A DNA stretch of 64,000 bases from Eledone cirrhosa. Taxonomy: Eukaryota. Position 1 is the first letter of the stretch; each line of letters opens with the position of its first letter. Positions 14,566 to 28,140 of the stretch are shown here, one piece after another. Location of the stretch: contig OZ024746.1 of assembly GCA_964016885.1 (NCBI GenBank), forward strand, positions 28,024,001 through 28,088,000, in the 5' to 3' direction. The position numbers and the translations under genes are program-made. The notes beneath the pieces were generated by a model. That model did not search any database. It had not been told where the DNA came from and worked only from the letters and a program-made list of their open reading frames with translations.

Positions 14566-14632
14566 TATTTTATCTGATGAGGACCTACTGTTGAAGTTAG
14601 CTCAGTACCTCTGAAATATGTATAATAAAATA
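14566..14632 (+). ncRNA. Type I hammerhead ribozyme of PLE pLTR
   Basis: TATTTTAT-CTGATGA-GGA-CC-TACTG...CAGTA-CC-TCT-GAAA-T-ATGT-ATA/ATAAAATA; 8-bp stem I. Confidence 0.82.
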
Positions 14633-14916
14633 TATTTAATCACAAGAAGTTCTATTTTTGTTAATATTTTGAATTAATATTAATAACTCCGGAAAACCAT
14701 TTTTGTTGAGTGCTTCCAATCTATTGTAAAACTAATTCTTTGATGTATTCATTGAACCTTGTTTAGCCTTTAAATATATATATATATATACTGATTAGAA
14801 ACAAATTATATTTAGTATACATACATAGAGGTATAAATATATACATATGAAATTGTATATATATATATATTTGTCGTCAGTATATATATATATATATATA
14901 TATCAGTATATATATA

Positions 14917-15115
14917 AGTTGAAAAAAATGAAAACGAAATTTCATTTCTCACTCTTAGTATGGCACTTACTTAAATGTAAGTATGTATGTATACGTACAT
15001 ACATATATGTATACAGACGTACAGTAGCATGCATATATATATATATATATATATACATATATACACATATGCATACAGGTGCATATATGTATGTGTACCT
15101 GTATGCATATGTGTA

Positions 15116-15177
<62 letters not shown>

Positions 15178-15618
15178 TGCTACTGTACGTCTGTATACAT
15201 ATATGTATGTACGTATACATACATACTTACATTTAAGTAAGTGCCATACTAAGAGTGAGAAATGAAATTTCGTTTTCATTTTTTTCCACTTATCGTTTTC
15301 GGTATGCCTGACCGATTTAACTCACTCAATATGCAAATTAGGCTGCTTAGCCGTTAATTTTCATAAGGAAAGTATATACTTTCGAACGTTCAACTATCTG
15401 GCAGATGGGTAAACGGTGCTGATGATAGCTAACAAGCTTGAAACTAGTACATCGTTCCTGTGTCAGTGTTGAACAAAAAGGTGACGTGGTTGCCTTAACA
15501 CCGTATGGCATAAATTCAGGCTGTTCGCTTTGTTGACAAACAAACGAACAAAGCGGCCGACGTTATAATAAACGTCGGCTAAACTGATGCGTGCATATAT
15601 GTATGTGTACCTGTATGC

Positions 15619-15691
<73 letters not shown>

Positions 15692-15750
15692 TGCTACTGT
15701 ACGTCTGTATACATATATGTATGTACGTATACATACATACTTACATTTAA
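14917..15750. mobile_element. Diverged copy of the ~428-bp HHR family (15170-15750, +) preceded by an inverted partial copy (14917-15110)
   Basis: Homology to 3157-4088; AAAACGAAATTTCATTTCTCACTCTTAGTATGGCAC mirrors 15241-15280. Confidence 0.8.
15413..15455 (+). ncRNA. Minimal type I hammerhead ribozyme
   Basis: ACGGTG-CTGATGA-T-AGCT-AACA-AGCT-T-GAAA-C-TA-GTA/CATCGT; differences from 3331 fall at variable or wobble-tolerant positions. Confidence 0.9.
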
Positions 15751-15781
15751 GTATATGTATATATATATACTGACGACAAAT

Positions 15782-18205
15782 TATGACTCGACATAGAAAC
15801 GGATTTCTGTCGGGCCGCCTACCAACTAAAATGGATATCGACCCTCGGCAACAACACCACAGAATCTAACACAACCGGATTCCCGATATACCAACTGGAC
15901 CGCCCACTCTGTCCACCAGCTGCCAACCGCGAGCTGGAAGAAAAACTCTCGAGGCTAAAACATTCCGTATTTAACATCTTACGGGAAAAGAAGATAGCCC
16001 CAAAACTCTCCAGGACGCAACAACTCGTCCTGAAGAACCTGTGGAATAGGGAACTCATATACTTACCATCCAACAAAGGTAAAGAGTTTTGTGTCATCTC
16101 TCAAGCCGCATACAAGAACCTAGCCTTTGAACACCTAAGCGACAACGAACTATATACAGAGATCCCAACATGACTGCAACCCAGATCGAAAAACAGGCCA
16201 ATTCCATCTGGTTCGACTTCTGTAGTAGAAGACAACTCCCAAATAAATTTAAGTTCAATTACACCACTAGAAATAGCAGACTTCCCACTTTCTATCACCT
16301 CATCAAGACCCACAAGAATAGTACTAAGGCACAAATAAGACCCATCATGTCTAGCATAGAAGGGCCCCTATACAAAAGCTCCTGGCTCCTCTCCCAGGTC
16401 CTCAAGCCTCTACTCTCCACCTTTCCTGGGCATGTCAGTAGCCCCGACGTGGTCATACATAGACTACACCAGCTCCAGCCAGAACAACTTAAATTAAATA
16501 GATACGCCTTTAGCCTCGACACTACAGTCCCCGCTCATCCAGCTGTCGATTTATTGACGGACTGCGTGGTCGCAGAAGACGTCCACTGCTACGGCCTCCA
16601 TCGGACGGACATACACCAGCTTTTGTCCTTCACAGTGGACAACACGTACTTCACCTTCCACCACCACACATACAGAAAGACAACAAGATTACCCATGGGA
16701 TCCAGTCTATCGGGCCTGCTGGCCATCACTTATATGAACCAACTAGAATGCCGAGCCCTCAACACCTGCCATTCCTATACCTTCTTCACCGATATGTAGA
16801 TGACATACTTATCCTTACATAATCTCGTGAAGAAGCGGATAAAATATACATGACATTCTCCAGCATGGATGCCGATATATAGTTCAGCATGGAATACCCC
16901 GATGACCGCGGATCCCGATCCCTATTGGACTTCTAACTCAGGGTAACAGAGGAAGGCGACATCCATACCTGCTTCTATAAAAGAGCCGCCAGCAGGGACC
17001 TGTTCGTACATTTCATATCGGCCCTCCCAGTCAGCGCTAAGTTCGGATACATAAGGAACGAACTAACACGTATCCGCAATAAATGCACCGGCGCAAAAGA
17101 CCGAGACACACACACCACACATTTCCTGGAAGTACTTAAACTGAACGGATACCCGACGTCCACCGCCAACCGTGCCAGAAACAACAGAAGACACCACACC
17201 CGAGGCACTAACACCTGCTTCCTGAAGCTCCCACACTTCAGTGACGAAACAACAACAGCCATCCGCAGAGCTATCAGACGAGAGGGACTAGATATCCAAC
17301 TAGCCCACTCAGGACTTTCTCTACGCGGACAGCTAACCAAAAGACACTCCACCAGACGTGACAGCCGCTGCAGGCTAGCCAACTGCCCCATCAACGACAC
17401 AGACCTATGCCACCAGGCCTACGTCGTATACAGATTAGAGTGCGACAAATGCAGCAATTTCTACATAGGTAGCACCACCAGACCACTTCACATAAGAATA
17501 AAAGAACACCTCAACACTAACGCTTCCTCATTTAAGAAAAACCTAGTGAAATACAAAAAATCTCGGCAATCTTAGAATTAAAGAAGCACTGATTATAGAC
17601 AAAACACAACCACCAATCAATAACAGACTAGAACTCAACACTCAATTTTTAATATGATAGAGCACCTAGCCCCACACTTACACCTTCACGTACCCTCTCT
17701 CACACACACACGCACACGCACACACACACACGCTTACACCTCCACTTATTCTCTCTCACACACACACATACACACACAAAGACCAGTTTCAACATGATAG
17801 AGCATCTAGCTCCCACATTTACATATAAACATATCCTCTCACACTCACACACACACGCACACACACACACACGCATGCTTACACCTTCACCTATACTCCC
17901 ACACACTTAGACATACATGTCCAAACCCTTTTAAAGGGAGACAACTCTTTATCCACATAACCTTCACTCTTTGACATTAGAAATAGAATGGAATTTCTAT
18001 ACCATTTCTTGTCAGCATGACTTGGCAAGCTAATTAGAACACTGGATTAACCCCTTTACTTCCCTCCGAAGAAGATATATTATCTCGAAAATTAAGGATA
18101 TTCAAATGAATTTAAGGTAAAATACTGATTGTCAGCAATATCTTTTGCATTTGTATTTATATTCTATATCCATACGTGCATTGTTTTGGCCTTCTAACTC
18201 CAAAC

Positions 18206-18208
<3 letters not shown>
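15782..18208 (+). mobile_element. Penelope-like retroelement, near full-length, decayed
   Basis: RT plus C-terminal GIY-YIG, CA-rich 3' UTR, degenerate HHR (CCGAAGA-AGATA-TAT-TATCT-C-GAAA, 18066-18090), 3' end at (TA)n. Confidence 0.9.
15900..17655 (+). pseudogene. Frameshifted PLE reverse transcriptase/GIY-YIG polyprotein
   Basis: PTFYHLIKTHK, IRPIMS, LPMGSSLSGLLA (ORF 16170-16799); RYVDD at 16790-16804 in another frame; YVVYRLECDKCSNFYIGSTTRPLHIRIKEH at 17420-17510. Confidence 0.9.
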
Positions 18209-18245
<37 letters not shown>

Positions 18246-19113
18246 TGAAAGTCGTCGTTGTGTAACAATTATTTGATGTGTTGTCGACAGACAGTATTCA
18301 AATGTAATGTTATCTTGTTTTTACTTTTGATATGCACGCCATTATATGGAACTCGATGTTGGCTATCCGGTTACACGTGTGCATATGCTTCTTTAATTGT
18401 TATCCAACGACTTTGATGTCTTCGAAATGTGCATAACAGGCTAATATAATAAACTTAAGATGAATGTACACGCTTCTTTTTTTATAATATATATATTAAC
18501 ATATAAATATGTTAATATATGTGTGTATGTATATAAATTATATATATATGTGTGTGTGTATATATATATACGTATGCATTTATATATATGTATATATATT
18601 TATATATATGTATATGTATATATATGTATATATATATATGTGTATGTATATACATATGTGTGTGTGTGTGTGTGAGTGTGTGTGTTAAGATTAATCAACA
18701 TTAAATTTCAATTCTTGTGCCTGGAGACTCACTAAAAACCAATATATTCCATTAATGCCAATATTGTCACTTGTGAAACATGATTACAGATTATTAGCAT
18801 GTCACATGATTGCCCATTTTAATGGGAAGGGGGGGGGGGGGCAGTGTTGTTTTCATTTCATTTTTTCTATTTATTTTACATTTATTTATTCATTCAAATG
18901 TTCAGCTATATAAATTGCTTTATTATTTCTGTTGCTGCTGTTTGCTGTTGTTTATAATGTTGTTGTTGTTGTTGATATCGTTGTTGATGTTGCCGTTGTT
19001 GATGTTGATGTTATTGTTGTTGATTTGCCAACGTAACTAATTTATCACCACTGTGTGATAACAGTTTTCCAGGCGTCCTTACAATTGTTGGGAAATAATT
19101 GCCGCCATTAGAC

Positions 19114-19185
<72 letters not shown>

Positions 19186-19250
19186 CGGTGTGGTTTTTGG
19201 CATGTTTTATGTAAGTATTAATCTGGTGAGAATAAATTATACAAAATATG

Positions 19251-19304
<54 letters not shown>

Positions 19305-19305
19305 T

Positions 19306-19336
<31 letters not shown>

Positions 19337-19353
19337 ATATATATATATAAATT

Positions 19354-19384
<31 letters not shown>

Positions 19385-19608
19385 ATATACATATATTTAT
19401 ATATATATATATGTGTAAATGAAGTAATTCCGTCGGAAAAGTCCAGGAAAAAAGAGTGCTCTATGTAGGTAACAGAGCTTAATAGTTATGTAATAAACAA
19501 CATAAGGCAATTATTTCATTTACCAGTGGTTTTTAAAAGCAAAAAAATCCTGGTGTATTTATTGGCATTGGATTTTAAAATCCAACGCCAATAAATACAC
19601 CAGAATTT

Positions 19609-19669
19609 TTTCATTCTGATGATTGAAAGCAAAATTTTTTTGCTTTTAAGAAACCACTGGTAAATGAAA
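19609..19669 (+). ncRNA. Type I hammerhead ribozyme in fold-back island 19415-19690
   Basis: TTTCATT-CTGATGA-TTGAAAGCAAAA-TTT-TTTTGCTTTTAA-GAAA-CC-ACT-GG-TA/AATGAAA; 7-bp stem I and 12-bp stem II. Confidence 0.9.
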
Positions 19670-19725
19670 TAATTGCCTTATGTTGTTTATTACATAACTA
19701 TATATATATATATATATATATATAA

Positions 19726-19793
<68 letters not shown>

Positions 19794-20086
19794 TTTTATA
19801 CGCATTTTTTACAAGTTTTGACTCTGATAGTCTTATCCACTGGATGTTTTATTTATTGTTGGTTTTGTTTCCTGGGTGTATTGTTTACGTGTAGGGCATT
19901 CGATCATTGATTTGCGTTTGTTCTGGGTGTATGTGATCGGAATTGTGTGTTTGATGGTCCTACTTGTTTGTTTGCATATATATTATACATCTGTATATAG
20001 TGTATATATCTGTAATGCATATATATTTAGGGTTGTTATTGATGGTGAGTAGACTGGTTGGAACAATACCATTCTTATTTGCGAAT

Positions 20087-20159
<73 letters not shown>

Positions 20160-20240
20160 GTTATTCCGGGTTGAATCGGAGGTAACCACAGTAAGTAAGG
20201 TACTCAATACATTGCAGAGTATAAAAGTTTTAATATAGAT

Positions 20241-20293
20241 GAGATTCTACAGGACTAGAACTGTTTCATTCTTTAGAAATCATCAGGAATCTC
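20241..20293 (-). ncRNA. Type I hammerhead ribozyme
   Basis: Reverse complement of 20405-20457. Confidence 0.88.
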
Positions 20294-20404
20294 CTGATGA
20301 TTTCTAAAGAATGAAACAGTTCTAGTCCTGTAGAATCTCATCTATATTAAAACTTTTATACTCTGCAATGTATTGAGTACCTTACTTACTGTGGAAATCA
20401 TCAG

Positions 20405-20457
20405 GAGATTCCTGATGATTTCTAAAGAATGAAACAGTTCTAGTCCTGTAGAATCTC
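20405..20457 (+). ncRNA. Type I hammerhead ribozyme (another copy lacking most of 5' stem I at 20294-20338)
   Basis: GAGATTC-CTGATGA-TTTCTAAAGAAT-GAAA-CAG-TTCTAGTC-CTG-TA/GAATCTC. Confidence 0.88.
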
Positions 20458-20470
20458 ATCTATATTAAAA

Positions 20471-20550
<80 letters not shown>

Positions 20551-21137
20551 GCAGTATTGCATTGCATACATACATATATACACATGCACACACGCGCGTA
20601 ATCAGTTAGATTGTTTAGCAGTGACTGGTCCGGGTCTTTGCGATATGAGATCAAATTCCACCCCCTGTATACAAGAAATGGGGTAGCACCATAATAAGCA
20701 GATAGTAACAGCAATGGAAAGAACAATGGAAACATCCTTCCCTAGGTCTAATCTGGCAACCAGCTGCTTTCTTCTGCCATGAATTGTGACCGACAGATAA
20801 TATGAGATCAGCAATGGAAATACCAATGGAAAAATTGTTTCCTTGCTCGGAGATCTATCAATTGGTTGCATTTCTACTTTTTTTTTTATTATTCCTCCAA
20901 ACTCTCATATATTCTATTCCATTACGAATATTATTTCATCGTATCTGTAAACTTACATCCACCTATGTTCTATCATCTTGTAATTTATTGCCTCCGACCT
21001 TACACCAGCTCAACTTTAATATCTTATATTCTTTTATTCCACTGCTGAAGTTTTTGTTGTTTTCTACTTGTCTTTCATTCCCCTTATATACCTACATATA
21101 CATATATACACCCGCCCACTATATATATATACATATA

Positions 21138-21203
<66 letters not shown>

Positions 21204-21590
21204 CTCGTATATATAATGTGCCATTTATTTCATTGTCAGATAATCTTGTTTGTCTTTTTTATTTCCATTTTATTCCATTTCATCATGGAAAAACATCGCC
21301 TGATATACGATTCGATACATACATACACACATATATATATATATATATATGTGTTTGTGTGTGTGTGTGTGTGTATTCTCTCTGTGTATTCGTATGTATG
21401 ATGTGTATATGTATTCACTGTATACATTTGCTGCTTTCATCTGCGTGTAGCAATGTTCTCTAAACATCAACGCTGCTACTGGCCAATTATATATTATATT
21501 CCCTACAACAACGAAAACAGTTCTTTTCTTCCTTGTCTTATCTCATTCTTTATAGCGACCAAATCAAAAGAATCCATTATTTGGTAAATC

Positions 21591-21656
<66 letters not shown>

Positions 21657-21706
21657 TGTTTGTGTGTACGTGTGTTTCCACCACGAACATCAAAATTCTC
21701 CATATA

Positions 21707-21826
21707 GAAGAAGAAGAAGAAGAAGAAGAAGAAGAAGAAGAAGAAGAAGAAGAAGAAGAAGAAGAAGAAGAAGAAGAAGAAGAAGAAGAAGAAGAAGAAG
21801 AAGAAGAAGAAGAAGAAGAAGAAGAA
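21707..21826. repeat. (GAA)n microsatellite
   Basis: About 40 perfect units. Confidence 0.97.
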
Positions 21827-22479
21827 ACCAAACTTATATGTCATTCATATTAATTGATAGCCGGAGGTGGGGAAGGTGAAAAGTTAAAATAAAAGCAAAA
21901 TTATAATAAAATAATTGCTATTCTCAACTTAATATTATTTTGTTATTTTTGGAAGGGGTATTTCCAATTGATGGAACATGTTATATTATTACTGCTGTTC
22001 GCATTATTTCCTAATATTTCAAACACTGATCAATTCCGCCATTTTTCATTGGATTTTGAGTTCTCTAACGTATAATGTTTGAAGTGAAGAGATGTTAGAG
22101 TCGTTGGGGAGTTGAATATGATGTTTTATGATATCTATTCTTTGCATTCTCACTTTAATGTGGAGTGCAGTTAACTGAGGTTCTTGGTGTTCTCAGTTCA
22201 AATCCCGCCTATCACAATAACAAATAACATCGCCTCTCACACATAGAAAGAAGGCCAGTGTCAATGACGACATAGGGAAGATTTGTCAGTTCTAAGTTCA
22301 AATTCAGACGAGTGATTCAAATTCTTCCAATTTTCTTCGGTATTGAGTACTCATTCTAACCTTCATCAACATGGTTACACACACACATACACAAATCGAT
22401 CGACTTTCGTCAAATCGGACCGAGGAAACAATGTTTTCGTCAGTCTTTCCAGTTGCTAATACTATCTATCGGTCGCAAC

Positions 22480-22612
22480 TCCAGGTAGAAGGAGCAACGT
22501 GAAATAAAGTGTCTTGCTCAAGGACATAACGCATCACCCGGTCCAGTAACCGAACTCACAATCTTTAAGATTGTGAATCCAATTCTCTAACCACTCAGCC
22601 ACACGCCTTCAC
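22480..22612 (-). mobile_element. tRNA-derived SINE (second family; related degenerate copies at 25193-25500 and 41570-41740)
   Basis: Minus strand: A box TGGCTGAGTGG, B-box-like GAGTTCGGTTAC, central TGTCCTTGAGCAAGACACTTTATTTCAC resembling V/Meta-type SINE central domains. Confidence 0.7.
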
Positions 22613-22618
22613 ACATAC

Positions 22619-22712
<94 letters not shown>

Positions 22713-22765
22713 TTATATATATATATTTATTTATTTATATATATATAAATATATATATATATATA

Positions 22766-22904
22766 ACGAAGGAAATGTGGTAAGGAACCAGGTGGACCAT
22801 AACGCACCAAAGTACTCAATACTTGAGGTAGTAGAGTGGGTAATAGGAACCAGTAAGACCCCGACAGCTGAGCTCAAGCCGTTTCGACGGCTAATTCTGG
22901 ACCA
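22766..22904 (-). mobile_element. pLTR-like family A 3' end with HHR 3' half
   Basis: Minus strand: GAAACGGCTTGAGCTCAGCTGTCGGGGTC...CCTTCGTT(TA)n. Confidence 0.75.
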
Positions 22905-24608
<1,704 letters not shown>

Positions 24609-24733
24609 GAGCTTTTGATTGAAGTGTCGGGCCAAATCGATACACATCGAGCCTTCAGCTGATCAATAGCGAAATATGCGCGTCAGACCTGAATCAACTT
24701 AATTTTGATACTCTGATACCTCGTTACTACCTA

Positions 24734-24807
<74 letters not shown>

Positions 24808-25784
24808 GTTATATATGTGTGTGCATCAAATATATAAATGTGTGTGCTTATTTTTGTTTGCATATGTATGTGAGTATATGTGTGTTTATGTTGTATATTC
24901 TGCAGAGTTATATATGAATATTTATACATTCAGGTCTCAGTAAACGTTAAGCCTAGACGATGTTATATTTAACCAATATGTAATTCTAACATAGTATCGA
25001 TCTTGTTACCATAAAGATGAATCTGTTACCATGGAGATGAATAATGTAAATAGCATTAAGAATATTTGAAACCCAAGAGAGTACAGTATTGGAAAATAAA
25101 GATAAGACATTTTTATAATCCAGTGAGACGCCATTTTAAATTATAAACTCAGTAGATTTGTTTTAAATAACTAGTGCACAATATATCTTACTGTGAATGT
25201 GTGTGGCTTAAGGTGTTCAGCTGGGGAATATAAGGTCGGGAGTTCAATTACCAGTGCCGTACTGTGTTTCTGAGTAAGTCACTTTATTTCACACACATCT
25301 AACAACATTCAGCTGGCAAACATGAGTTATTCCTGTAATTCAAAAGGTTAGCACCGTATACTGTGTCACACTGAGTCTGAAAATTACATTACGGATGCAC
25401 GTATCAGTAGAATGCTTAGTCACTTGAACGTTAATTTCATAAGCAGTCTCTTCTATTGTTGGGACAACTGGAACACTCATCGTCAGAAGAGTGGGACGTC
25501 CAACACTCACACACGTAATACCTAATACAAAATATGTTGAGCAAAATTTTTAACAGGAACCAGAATGAAGACCTCCAGAAGATAGTTGAATATGCTAGAA
25601 ATAGCAGCCATGTTATTCACATCTCAAAGAGATACTCTGTGACATCAAGTCTTATAGTTATATATATATTATATATATATATATATATATATGTGTGTCT
25701 GTGGGTGTGTGGGGGTATGGGTGCGTATGTGGGGGGAGGGGGGTACATGTGTGTGTGTTTGTATTTATATATATTTCAAAGATT

Positions 25785-26610
25785 TGGGAGGATTTTTGCT
25801 ATCAAGCAATGAACTACGACGCATGAATTATTGTGAAGAAATTAGGGATATAAGTAGGAGGGCAAATACACCATCCGAGGTTTACAAAGCTTGGCTTCGA
25901 AATAAGTTTTTCTTGTTGCATTTCCGGTACAAGTAAACCCGAAAAGTCGTCCAAGGTTAAGACAGTAAAGGCGTCCAAGGTGAAAACATAGGAAGACTTT
26001 AGGGTTAAACTGGACTCCAACTTTAGATCAGTAACTAAAGTAAAGCAGCAGACCATCCATTGACTTCATAATAAAGACCACTTCTCAAGCCTGCTATCGG
26101 GAATTCCTCTAGGTTCTTCCCCCTGAAAAGAGGTACATCCTCAGGAAGGTGAGAAAATACATTGCTATTCTCTTTAGGCAGTCACAACAGTATCTGATGT
26201 ACATCAGATGCACCGAGATGCTAAAAGCAAACGCTCGGAGACTGAAGTCACCAGAACAATTAAAGTGCTCAAATCTGATAAGGCCTCTGAGGACGATGTA
26301 ATTCGGCTCGAGATGTTAAAAGCATGCCTAAATGATTCACATGTGCTTAATGGTCCCGATCTCTGGAAATGCACCTCAGCTGTTGCAATAGGGAGTGATA
26401 ATCCCAATTTTTTAAAATGGAGATAAAAGAATAAGAAATGGTCCGTAGGTATTCTATTTTATTTTACTTTCTACATCGACATCATGTAGGCCGCTGACTT
26501 CTACAACAGAGGAGGTCTTTAATGTGTGATCCCAAACAACAATATCAGGCCGGTTGTGCTTTAACTTGGTGACGGTTTATATTATTAGGTTCCACGAATA
26601 TTCGATTTCA
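25785..26610 (+). mobile_element. Decayed non-LTR retrotransposon fragment (RTE-like)
   Basis: EVTRTIKVLKSDKASEDDVIRLEMLK resembles the LINE pre-RT motif IxxLKxGKAxGxDxIxxEMLK; followed by (TATG)n. Confidence 0.55.
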
Positions 26611-26653
26611 TGTATGTATGTATCTATGTTTGTATGTATATATGTATGTATGT

Positions 26654-27260
26654 CAGGTCACCAGTTGGTGCTACTGGTAACATGTATCCCAGTACAACCT
26701 GTCTCATGGTCGGCTCGTTGGCGACTAAACTGGCAACCCCACCAAGGTTTCTTGGTGAGGAGGGTGACTTTGGACATCCTGCAGGACTAAAAACAAAACC
26801 TGTCAAAGGGCAAAGGAGCTCTTAAGAATCAATGGCCATCCAAAATCACCAGGAGAGATGACCCCTTAGCCTTTGTCAAGGCAGAATTCTAGGAGAACGA
26901 AAACTCTGATATAACACCTGCAACCCTGATGGTATCCAATGATGTTGACTTGTTCTTCTTTTTGGTAAATATCATCTTGGTTAAGAGAGTGGGACTGGCT
27001 TTGTGCAGTGCCTTTGCTCACTATAAAAGCTTCACGGCACAGGCATTGCTTTGTTTCTGGAGATCTTTCTGCACTTGTCGTCACATGGTACCATGGGCCC
27101 AGCACTATGTGTCAATAATTGTCACAAGTGTAGTGTTTGTACCAGAGTTTTCAAGTCGCTAGCTGGACTAAAAAGTCACACTCGTTCAGCGCATCGGTAG
27201 GGGTTCTCCTACATGGATATAAAGTAGTGGCCGTACTTGAAAACGAGTTGGCAGCCACCA
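26654..27260 (+). mobile_element. Short RTE-derived element (putative 5' UTR joined to the 3' end), flanked by (TATG)n
   Basis: 3' part encodes CSVCTRVFKSLAGLKSHTRSAH* (C2H2-like RTE C-terminus, 27129-27200); 5' part recurs at 63554-63716. Confidence 0.6.
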
Positions 27261-27974
27261 TGTATGTATGTATGTTTGTATATGTTTGTGTATTTGCCGA
27301 AATACAAATTTGAACTAAAGGATATGTTAATAGGTAGGAAAATAGGATGATTTAATGATGCATAAAGATAAATAATTAGGTGAGGAGGCGAAAACTATTA
27401 TGCAAGAAATTTGACTGTTATTGTTGAAAACGTGGTGTTGACAGAAAATGACAAGTGGGTCTATCTGTATGCACATTTAACGGTGTGATGGGGAGATAAT
27501 TCTTTAGTATATAACTGTGAAAGTGATTAATGTGTTGAATAATGAAGATGATGTAGTAGCTATTTGATTACAAATCATTTATTTGATTACATATTAGACA
27601 CGATATACATTAATGGGGATATAAATTATAAGGAGATACAGAAAATGTAGACGGGAGGATTAATGGGACAGTGATCCTCCTGCTGGAATATGTTAAATGA
27701 GAATGTTATTTCAAAGAAAATCTGCGCAGGTATATCGATCAATAAATTGGTGCAAACTGATTGAGCACTCAACGTCAGTATATCTTCCAAATTACGATAT
27801 AATCCCACGGGTCTCTGTAGGAGACTTAATCGACTTCTCCTCTCCCAAAATTGTTGGTCTTGTGCTTATAGTAGAAATCATTATCATTATTGTTGTTGTT
27901 TGTATGTATGTGTGTGTGTAACTGTATGAGTATGAGTTCATGTTGATATTTACATTTGTGTTTATCTATGTTTA

Positions 27975-28140
27975 TGACCCTTAACTTAGAGGTTCAACAG
28001 AAAGAGACGGGTAAAATAGAAACCAGACTTGAAAAATATGTAATGGGAGTAATATGATCAACTAAATAAAAGCAATGTCCCAGCATAACCACGGTTTAAT
28101 GACTGGAACCAGTGAAAGAATAAAAGAGTAAAAGAATATA
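27975..28140 (+). mobile_element. Degenerate SINE 3' portion
   Basis: CCCAGCATAACCACGGTTTAATGACTGGAACCAGTGAAAGAATAAAAGA tail, recalled from octopus SINEs and not verified. Confidence 0.45.

Larger units (their letters stand above)
11777..14772 (+). mobile_element. 5'-truncated Penelope-like element (endonuclease half, long AT-rich 3' region, HHR-bearing pLTR)
   Basis: GIY-YIG ORF, HHR at 14566-14632, 3' end abutting (TA)n. Continuity of the 2-kb 3' region is inferred. Confidence 0.75.

Noticed and set aside
22480-22612. tRNA gene
   Set aside because: A and B boxes are present but there is no cloverleaf, and it runs into a SINE body; the same holds for 60346 and 62007.
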